Source: a virus | Taxonomy: Duplodnaviria > Caudoviricetes | Direction: 5' to 3' (one strand) | DNA: 64,000 nucleotides | IMG/VR virus record: IMGVR_UViG_3300017909_001085 | Location: 32,001 to 96,000 of that record | Part shown: positions 57,466 to 64,000 of the stretch, piece after piece | Numbering within the stretch: the first letter of the stretch is position 1 | How the letters are laid out: the number at the start of each line of letters is the position of its first letter | The notes under the pieces: generated by a model | Databases searched by the model: none | The model's input: the letters and a program-made list of their open reading frames with translations, nothing else | What the model was told of the DNA's origin: nothing | Translations under genes and position numbers: made by a program

Positions 57466-57768
57466 TTATCCGCCAGCAAATACGTTAGATGAACCAGTTG
57501 CAACTGATGTGCAAGAAGTTACACCATCACCAACTCTACCACAACCTTTATTGTTCACAAATACAGTTGTTGAACCTGTAGTTATAGGTGCCGCATGAGA
57601 AGGACATGGTGGTACATTAGGAGGAAGTTTATGAGTTGTATTATTATCTCCCTGTCTACTAATACCTGTACCATTGCAAAATACATTGCTACTTCTTTTG
57701 TCTCTCTTAGGAGTTGAACAATGTATTACATCTGCATCAACGCTGTCACCTCTACAAACTGCTGGCAT
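57466..57768 (-). CDS. PAAR spike-tip protein (gp5.4-like)
   Basis: MPAVCRGD, SNVFCNG, GSTTVFVN, RVGD, GSSNVFAGG. Confidence 0.92.
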   Translation of the reverse strand: MPAVCRGDSVDADVIHCSTPKRDKRSSNVFCNGTGISRQGDNNTTHKLPPNVPPCPSHAAPITTGSTTVFVNNKGCGRVGDGVTSCTSVATGSSNVFAGG

Positions 57769-57965
57769 TATAGTCTCTCTCTAGAAAATATCTCTCTGAA
57801 CTTTGTATGAAAAGTAGCAATCAAATCATGGTCTTCTTGTGTATGTGGTTCTGGAGGAAAGTCAGGTTCAAATCCAATCAAATTATCAAATGACGCAGGT
57901 ATATCATCGATATGACGATATGTATGAACTACACCACCAATTAGAACTTGAAACTTACCTGTCAT
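57768..57965 (-). CDS. Conserved small hypothetical protein upstream of PAAR
   Basis: DDIPASFDNLIGFEPDFPPEPHT; translationally coupled to its neighbours. Confidence 0.75.
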   Translation of the reverse strand: MTGKFQVLIGGVVHTYRHIDDIPASFDNLIGFEPDFPPEPHTQEDHDLIATFHTKFREIFSRERL

Positions 57966-58108
57966 CTTGTACTACCTTGACCTCTATACTTCTTAAAACT
58001 TCTTCTCTTATGTTTGTTCATAGTCGATGTGATAGGTTTTCTTCCTTGAGAAGTACCTTTGACTGTTTTTTCATATATTGGGGCAGACCCAAACTTTATC
58101 TTTGCCAT
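57962..58108 (-). CDS. Small very basic protein, 48 aa
   Basis: Manual translation MAKIKFGSAPIYEKTVKGTSQGRKPITSTMNKHKRRSFKKYRGQGSTR. GAGG RBS; ATGA overlap with the next gene. Confidence 0.8.
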   Translation of the reverse strand: MAKIKFGSAPIYEKTVKGTSQGRKPITSTMNKHKRRSFKKYRGQGSTR

Positions 58109-58117
58109 TTTATCCTC

Positions 58118-59020
58118 TTAGTTCAAATCAATTCTAGGTGCATCAGCATCAATATGCTTACCACCATTCAAGTCAATCGTATCAGACGCATCAACTCTAA
58201 AGTTGACACACTTCGCACGAATATCTTTTGTCGATTCCATATCAATGTTACCTTCTGCTTTCACGGTTGCAGTACCACTTACATAAATGTTGAAGTTACC
58301 TTTAGTGTGTTGATTATGGTCTTTCTCAATCAAAAGTTCATGTGTACCTTCGTTGAGAATTCTTATCGACCCGTCAGGATGCATCTCAATGAAACTACCC
58401 GACATATGTTGTATATTAATTCTTTCTCCGTTTGGTGTATCATCTACCTCAATGACATGACCACTCTCTGTTTGATTTACTCTATTGAATGGATAACGTG
58501 CGTTGTAGGGATTCGCCATTGTATTCCATTTGTCTGATGACCATGCAATAGGGTGCGGTGGATGTTCATCACTAGATAAATGTTCTTGCTTCTTCGTGTA
58601 GAGTTTAGATTTTTTATCACCTCTTGCTAAACGAGATGTGTCTGGTTCTTCAATTTCAACAGGATGGGTACCAGATGGGTCTGAGAACCCTAAATCTGTA
58701 TTTGGTCTTTCCATAGGATAACCATAAAATGAACCAATAACAACTGGTTCTTGACATTCATTACCATCTGTAAAAAATCCCATCACCCACGAACCTTTAA
58801 GAAGTCCTGACGGTGAGTTACCTATCTGTGAAACAGACGCACTTGTAGTAGGCATCATGACCATCGCCCAAGGTAAATCTTCAACAGGTAATGTTTCTTT
58901 ATCTTCTGTGTGAATACCTAGACATCGTACACGAACTCTACCAATCTGTTCTGGATCGTTGTGGTCTTCAACTACACCCATGAACCAAGTAAATCCGTTA
59001 AACCCCATAAAATTCTTCAT
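58118..59020 (-). CDS. g5: Baseplate hub / spike gp5 (OB-fold plus beta-helix, no lysozyme domain)
   Basis: WFMGVVED..DP..IGRVRVR, LPWA, GSWVMGFF, YPFN...TESGHVIEVDDTP, IDLN. Confidence 0.93.
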   Translation of the reverse strand: MKNFMGFNGFTWFMGVVEDHNDPEQIGRVRVRCLGIHTEDKETLPVEDLPWAMVMMPTTSASVSQIGNSPSGLLKGSWVMGFFTDGNECQEPVVIGSFYGYPMERPNTDLGFSDPSGTHPVEIEEPDTSRLARGDKKSKLYTKKQEHLSSDEHPPHPIAWSSDKWNTMANPYNARYPFNRVNQTESGHVIEVDDTPNGERINIQHMSGSFIEMHPDGSIRILNEGTHELLIEKDHNQHTKGNFNIYVSGTATVKAEGNIDMESTKDIRAKCVNFRVDASDTIDLNGGKHIDADAPRIDLN

Positions 59021-59038
59021 ACTATTTCCTTTTGGATT

Positions 59039-59046
59039 TATTTATA
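59039..59046 (-). promoter_or_regulatory. T4-type late promoter (g5)
   Basis: TATAAATA overlapping the upstream stop codon. Confidence 0.7.
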
Positions 59047-59428
59047 TCGACAAAGTTTGATTGCTTGTCTTGAACCCTTTTTTACGCATGACAGTTTTTG
59101 CTACAAGTTCAAACTCTTGACTTCTTTTATCATACTTGAGAACGAATGGCATATTTATATCAGTTTGCATATCTTTCAAAACTGCTTCAGCATCCGGACC
59201 AAGTTGAGGAATCTTTTTTCCATGTTTGTTATAAGTTTGCTTAAACAAACGAGTAAGTTCTGCAGTAGTAATCTGTTTCTTGTTACGCTCATCGTTCACC
59301 CTATCTAAAAAATGTCTTGTGAATTCTACATCAATATTTACCTTTGCAAATAATCTATCTGCAAATTTTTCAATGCCGTCTAAATCTCTTTGAGATATCT
59401 CTTCTCTTAATTCTGTAAACTTACGCAT
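59042..59428 (-). CDS. Hypothetical protein, possibly head-packaged
   Basis: N-terminus MRKFTELREE; VEFTRHFLDRVNDERN; KTVMRKK. Confidence 0.65.
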   Translation of the reverse strand: MRKFTELREEISQRDLDGIEKFADRLFAKVNIDVEFTRHFLDRVNDERNKKQITTAELTRLFKQTYNKHGKKIPQLGPDAEAVLKDMQTDINMPFVLKYDKRSQEFELVAKTVMRKKGFKTSNQTLSI

Positions 59429-60809
59429 TCCATCCGTCCTTTACAATATTCATGTCTACTTTATATGCAGTAGTATTGTTTGCAACAGGACTAAAGAAAT
59501 GCATACAGTCTCTAATTAAATATAGTCCTGAGTACTTTTTATTATAAACATCATCAGCATCTTCTACTTTTCTAATAGCAGGATAATTAAACTCTAATAG
59601 TCTACCACATTCGATAACAGGGTTACCAGGTGCTTCAAAGTTTTCTACAACTTCATCATCAATTTGCTTCATAACTTGATGTCTAAGTAGAGCATAATCT
59701 TCTGGGTAAATAGTTCTAAAACCCTCTTCACCTTTTTTCTGTGCATGTATTTTTGTTTGCTTAGAACTTAATGAAATACTTATGTTTGAACTTATTCTTT
59801 TTTCAGGTCTTTCAAAGTGTGGGGACTTTGCCAAACGCTTTAATTTATCAAAGTCCTCAAAATAATCCCATGTGTTTACTGAATAGTTTTTGTGAAAGAT
59901 ATCATATGTAATATGCTTTGCATTCATGTTGCCATTCAATATATCTTCCGCTATTTTTTGTCTTTCAAGAATTCTGAAATCATCTACGTTTTGCGTTGTC
60001 TCACTACCTACCATACCTGACTGTGGTTTGCCATCTGAACCAATTACAGGAACACCAGGAACTTTGTACATATACCCCTTTTTGATTTTACCACCTTTAT
60101 CTCTTTCGTTTTCAACATCACCCATAAGGTCAGTGATAACCATATTCTTTTCTTTATCTAAAAGTGTGCCTGTTGATAGAAGTCTAAAACCTAACATGCT
60201 CTCATAAAAAAAGAAACCAGGTAAGTCTTTTTCAGACGATATTGATTTATTCAAAACCCATCGTATCGCTTGACTAGGTCTCCACATAGGGCAGACTAAT
60301 TTTAGTCCACCTAAAGACTTTTCTGCAGTTAATTGCTTAACACCAGTTGAAAGATATTGTGAAAATATTTGAGATATAATAGAATGAGGTTCACCTGTAA
60401 ACGCAGATGATAGTGAAGTGTTCATATTCTTGTAACCTTCTTCACTAATCAATCTCATAGTAAATGCTTGTTTGCGTTCTTGTATAACTACATTCTCAAT
60501 ACCAATTACACGAAACCATAAGTCAACTTCAGTATCTATAGTACCTTCTTGCACATTGTATTTGATGTGCATGATATTAGCACCACCGATAGGATAGTCA
60601 GGCATCATATCATTACTGTCATTAATAGTAATACTACCTGTTTGAAAAGGTGTCAATATACTTTCACTGATAGTTAATTGAGAATATACGCTAAGTAAGT
60701 CTAGAAACTCTTTTGATTTTTTTGCATCATCGACTGTTTTTACTGAATTAGGAAACATATTCAATGCTTCCATTATTACCTCACCGCCACCCTTAGTACC
60801 GCCGCTCAT
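59421..60809 (-). CDS. Probable baseplate hub protein (gp27/gpD-like)
   Basis: Lies between g53 and g5; ISESIL...GSITIND, P.WRP..AI.W, FFFYE, PGN, YSGLYLI. Confidence 0.6.
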   Translation of the reverse strand: MSGGTKGGGEVIMEALNMFPNSVKTVDDAKKSKEFLDLLSVYSQLTISESILTPFQTGSITINDSNDMMPDYPIGGANIMHIKYNVQEGTIDTEVDLWFRVIGIENVVIQERKQAFTMRLISEEGYKNMNTSLSSAFTGEPHSIISQIFSQYLSTGVKQLTAEKSLGGLKLVCPMWRPSQAIRWVLNKSISSEKDLPGFFFYESMLGFRLLSTGTLLDKEKNMVITDLMGDVENERDKGGKIKKGYMYKVPGVPVIGSDGKPQSGMVGSETTQNVDDFRILERQKIAEDILNGNMNAKHITYDIFHKNYSVNTWDYFEDFDKLKRLAKSPHFERPEKRISSNISISLSSKQTKIHAQKKGEEGFRTIYPEDYALLRHQVMKQIDDEVVENFEAPGNPVIECGRLLEFNYPAIRKVEDADDVYNKKYSGLYLIRDCMHFFSPVANNTTAYKVDMNIVKDGWNA

Positions 60810-60813
60810 AATA

Positions 60814-61638
60814 TTATTCCTTTATAAGTTCTCTAAACTCTTCAACAAACTCTTGTAGAAGATTAGGTCTTAAAATATTAATCTGTCTTTTTGCTTCGTT
60901 AATTCTTTCTTCGTACACTCTATTAGTAATAGCATCAGTATTCTTAGTTTGCTCTGTGCCGGGACTTGTAATTTCAGTATATGTTGTTGCAGTTGTAATA
61001 ACTTTCTTTGTAGTATCACCAGATGCTTGAGGGTACTCATAATGATGTATACCATCAGGACCAGAGTTAGTTTTATATAATTTGTATATAGAAGTATCGA
61101 AAGATGATGTGCCGTGACCTCTTGTAGGACCGTCTGGCATATAGAACACTGTGTTAGGAAACTCTGAGAATGTATGAGTATGCGCCCCACCAGAAAACTC
61201 TTTTAATCTATCATAGTTTCTTGCTTCTTCAATTGATAGAAATAAAGGATAATAATATCCATTCACACCTGAGTAATAATTACCTGTGCTAGTTTCTGTG
61301 CCTTTGACTGCATAAGGTCCCATGCCACCATACTTTTTATTAATCATGTTTTTAAGTTCACGTTCAGTTCGTGGCCAGTCTTCGTATAAATCATGTATTT
61401 CATTTGTGACCATAATTACCCATGCAAATTTACTTGAATTATAAAACTGATGTGCTAAGATATCTGGACGCTCACCTTCTTGTATGTCATATGGATCATA
61501 TGAAAACGCACTGTTTGCAACACGACTATTTAATTTTACTCTACGAATAATATCTTTGGTGATTATAACATTCGTTTCAATATCACCAGGTTTTGTAACG
61601 TCATAGAACGTCACTGGAAAGGATTCAAAGTAACTCAT
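60814..61638 (-). CDS. g53: Baseplate wedge protein gp53 (with insertion)
   Basis: YFESFP, YDIQEGERPDILA, WVIMVTN, WP, IHHYE, YEERINEAKRQI. Confidence 0.92.
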   Translation of the reverse strand: MSYFESFPVTFYDVTKPGDIETNVIITKDIIRRVKLNSRVANSAFSYDPYDIQEGERPDILAHQFYNSSKFAWVIMVTNEIHDLYEDWPRTERELKNMINKKYGGMGPYAVKGTETSTGNYYSGVNGYYYPLFLSIEEARNYDRLKEFSGGAHTHTFSEFPNTVFYMPDGPTRGHGTSSFDTSIYKLYKTNSGPDGIHHYEYPQASGDTTKKVITTATTYTEITSPGTEQTKNTDAITNRVYEERINEAKRQINILRPNLLQEFVEEFRELIKE

Positions 61639-62696
61639 TAGTAACCCTCTTCAATTCTGTGTTTATGTAATGGTTCAATTTCTCTGAAGTTCATAGTACA
61701 TTGTATCTCTGTTGGTTGACCATCTCTGTTTGTAGCAAACACACCAGTAGAAGTATAGTTAGTTGTAAATGAAGTCAGATAACATGTTGATATTCTATGC
61801 ATGTATTTGTTCTCGTTATTTTTATGCATAACAGTAATATCAAACATAGAAGGATAATCAAAGAACAGTCCAGAAGGTATCAACTCTGGATGCATATGAA
61901 ATCTAAAAGTTTTAATAATATTATCAATTGCTCTCATTTCTTGTTCAGAACGTGCGGCAAACTCATAGACAAATTGAAACTCTCTAAAAGAAACACTTTC
62001 AAATCTTTGTTCGATATGAGGATTAGAAACTCTTCTTGTTGATACTTCCATAATATTTTGTAAGTTCATACCGAAAGCATCAGGAAGTGCCGCAAATGTT
62101 TCCATCGCAAGTCGTGCCGCTTGACCACCTAGATTTGCTATGTCTTGATTCCCTTGCTCACCAGCACCTATTCTAGATAGAAGACCTGCAACTGCACCTA
62201 ACTTTGCTTCAGTATAATTTGCGCTTGATGTAGCAGTAAAAGTATTAGGCACTGCAAGTGCAATAGACGCATTCAACTTCTTTAGATTTTGTGCGCCACC
62301 AAAAGCACCATTCTTAAACTTACCTACTGAAGATGTAACACCTTCAGGTATAGCATTAAGTGCTTTGTCTGCTAAACCACCTTCACCAACACCAGCAAGA
62401 TTTTTTACACCTTGTTCTAAATTCTCTATTGCTTTTGATGCTTTGTTGCCAACAATAGCAGAATGACCTTTCCATGCTTTAGGTTCATCTCTAGTTCCTT
62501 GAATATTAGTAAAAGACGTAGTTTCATCAAAATAGATATCAAAGATAATATGATTATCAAGTTCTGCAGGTGCATCTATACCCATGTCAATCGGATATGT
62601 TAATCCAGCAGAACCATAACGTCTACCCGTTTTCTTAGGTTCTCTTTTGACAGGTACTCTAGTGTATGTTTGTTCTGAGAATGAGTTTAGCGCCAT
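61638..62696 (-). CDS. g48: Baseplate tail-tube cap gp48
   Basis: LTYP, NPHIEQRFESVSFREFQF, FRFHMHP, YPSMFDI, CYLT, NYT, FREIE. Confidence 0.88.
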   Translation of the reverse strand: MALNSFSEQTYTRVPVKREPKKTGRRYGSAGLTYPIDMGIDAPAELDNHIIFDIYFDETTSFTNIQGTRDEPKAWKGHSAIVGNKASKAIENLEQGVKNLAGVGEGGLADKALNAIPEGVTSSVGKFKNGAFGGAQNLKKLNASIALAVPNTFTATSSANYTEAKLGAVAGLLSRIGAGEQGNQDIANLGGQAARLAMETFAALPDAFGMNLQNIMEVSTRRVSNPHIEQRFESVSFREFQFVYEFAARSEQEMRAIDNIIKTFRFHMHPELIPSGLFFDYPSMFDITVMHKNNENKYMHRISTCYLTSFTTNYTSTGVFATNRDGQPTEIQCTMNFREIEPLHKHRIEEGY

Positions 62697-62705
62697 GACT
62701 TTCCC

Positions 62706-62713
62706 TATAAATA
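62706..62713 (+). promoter_or_regulatory. T4-type late promoter (g4)
   Basis: TATAAATA on the plus strand. Confidence 0.8.
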
Positions 62714-62727
62714 GTAATTACAATGAT

Positions 62728-62735
62728 TATTTATA
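62728..62735 (-). promoter_or_regulatory. T4-type late promoter (g48)
   Basis: TATAAATA on the minus strand. Confidence 0.8.
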
Positions 62736-62747
62736 AGAGTTTTATGA

Positions 62748-63182
62748 ATGGCATACAAAGGAAGATATTCTCCAGTCAATAAAGAAAAATATCAAGGCAA
62801 CCCTAGTAATGTTATTTATCGTTCATTATGGGAACGAAAACTGATGAAGTGGTGTGACTTGAATCCAGATGTTCTGAAATGGGGTAGTGAAGAGACTGTC
62901 ATACCTTACGTTTCACCTTTAGATAACAAAATTCATCGATACTTTGTAGATTTCTATATTCAAGTACGCACACAAGAAGGCGAACTTAAATCATATCTAG
63001 TAGAAGTGAAACCTAAAAAATATACGAAAGCACCCCCTACAAATCCTAAGAAAAAGACTGCACGATGGTTTGGTGAAGTGAAAAGTTGGGGTGTCAATTC
63101 TGCTAAATGGAAAGCGGCAAGTGAGTATGCACAAGATAGAAACTGGGATTTCATAATTTTAACAGAAGACCATCTGAACTAG
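62748..63182 (+). CDS. g4: Head completion nuclease gp4 (TnsA-like)
   Basis: YRSLWE, WGSEE, HRYFVDF, VEVKP, NSAKWKAA, LTE. Confidence 0.95.
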   Translation: MAYKGRYSPVNKEKYQGNPSNVIYRSLWERKLMKWCDLNPDVLKWGSEETVIPYVSPLDNKIHRYFVDFYIQVRTQEGELKSYLVEVKPKKYTKAPPTNPKKKTARWFGEVKSWGVNSAKWKAASEYAQDRNWDFIILTEDHLN

Positions 63183-63195
63183 CATAAATACTAGT

Positions 63196-63783
63196 ATGGC
63201 AGAGATTAGAGTACTTGAAGAAATAAGAGCGGCGACCGGAGACCAAAGACGTTCGGCGCAGTGGTATCAAGACCAAGTTAAAAGACTGGTTGGTACGTCA
63301 TATCCTGGACCTCAATTTCAGCGTGAATATTCTGAGAACTTAACTAATAGAATGTTACCTGGTCGCTTATATCTTATTAACTACTCAAATCCAATAACAA
63401 AGGATAAGTTACCTTACTATGATATGTTTCCTCTAATACTACCTTTCAATATTGAGAGTAGTCTTGTCACTGCTATAAACTTTCACTACTTACATCCTAC
63501 TTCTAGAATTATATTACTTGAAAAGTTAAGTAGATTTAAGATTGGTGATACTGATATACAAACACGAATTCGTGCAGACTGGAACATACTGAGCAACTTC
63601 GCAAGATTTAGAGAAGTAAGACCTGCAGTAAAAAAGTATAGAAGAAGTCAGATAAAAGGTAGACTACTTTTTATACAACCAGATGACTGGACAACTGCCG
63701 CTATTTTGCCTACTGAACAATTTAGAGGTGCAAGTAAACAGAAAGTATATCTAGACAGTAACAGAAAAATGAGGCAACGATAA
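63196..63783 (+). CDS. g2: DNA end protector gp2
   Basis: PGRLY, LPYYDMFPL, INFHYL, VKKY, LPTEQF. A CATAAATA late-promoter variant lies just upstream. Confidence 0.93.
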   Translation: MAEIRVLEEIRAATGDQRRSAQWYQDQVKRLVGTSYPGPQFQREYSENLTNRMLPGRLYLINYSNPITKDKLPYYDMFPLILPFNIESSLVTAINFHYLHPTSRIILLEKLSRFKIGDTDIQTRIRADWNILSNFARFREVRPAVKKYRRSQIKGRLLFIQPDDWTTAAILPTEQFRGASKQKVYLDSNRKMRQR

Positions 63784-64000
63784 TGGCGATTAGAGAATTT
63801 CTAGCAACAGTAAAAAGCGCAGGTCTTGCAAAGTCTAGTAAATACATGGTAGTACTAGATTTACCAAAAGGACCTTCAGCAAACAATTTTGGGCGTTCAA
63901 ATGTTTGGGGTGGTCTTACTAGTGGTGGTAATCAATTTAGTAATTACTCTCAAATGGTAGAAGGACAAAGACTTGTTAGTTTATACTGTGAAGCGGCATC
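63783..64000 (+). CDS. Tail-tube-like baseplate protein (gp54-like), 5' part only
   Basis: Manual translation MAIREFLATVKSAGLAKSSKYMVV...SLYCEAAS; open to the window end; follows g2. Confidence 0.6.
   Translation, partial: MAIREFLATVKSAGLAKSSKYMVVLDLPKGPSANNFGRSNVWGGLTSGGNQFSNYSQMVEGQRLVSLYCEAA

Noticed and set aside
57839-58537. 232-aa plus-strand ORF
   Set aside because: Overlaps three well-supported minus-strand genes and has no recognisable motifs.
59152-59159. TATAAATA inside the 128-aa gene
   Set aside because: Intragenic in AT-rich DNA, and a better placed copy lies at 59039-59046; may be chance.
1-64000. tRNA, rRNA, CRISPR arrays, introns, homing endonucleases, integrase
   Set aside because: Intergenic gaps are short and explained by promoters, terminators or small ORFs; core genes (g17, g20, g23, g46, uvsW) are uninterrupted. 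A tRNAscan/Infernal run would be needed to exclude small RNAs formally.

Overview
A 64-kb segment of an AT-rich T4-like myovirus, most similar in gene content to marine Kyanoviridae/pelagiphage-type phages. Almost everything is on the minus strand. From left to right: a MoxR/CobS AAA ATPase with its VWA partner; an accessory block of modifying enzymes (four 2OG-Fe(II)/cupin oxygenase domains, two SAM-dependent methyltransferases, a PLP enzyme, a GNAT-like fusion, peptide deformylase); the recombination and late-transcription core (g46, g47, g55, uvsW, uvsY) interrupted by a flavin-dependent halogenase and an unannotated rubredoxin-like ORF; the head-neck-tail module (g3, g23-g13); a tail-fibre region with five tandem paralogs; and the baseplate (DUF4815/VrlC-like, g8, g7, g6, g25, PAAR, g5, hub, g53, g48). 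A divergent plus-strand unit (g4, g2, partial g54-like) closes the window. Sigma70-type promoters and T4 late promoters (TATAAATA) can be read directly from the sequence. The most interesting candidates are: (1) a 779-aa head-region protein built of about 10 basic modules separated by EExELDE-type linkers that match the prohead-protease site, a probable packaged polyprotein; (2) a GNAT/oxygenase + PLP enzyme + amino-methyltransferase cluster that may be an undescribed DNA or protein hypermodification pathway; (3) a five-paralog receptor-binding cassette; (4) a perfect antisense sigma70 promoter with a palindromic spacer just upstream of g55. All family calls come from motif recognition and synteny by eye; no database searches were run. 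No tRNA, rRNA, CRISPR array, intron or intein was recognised.
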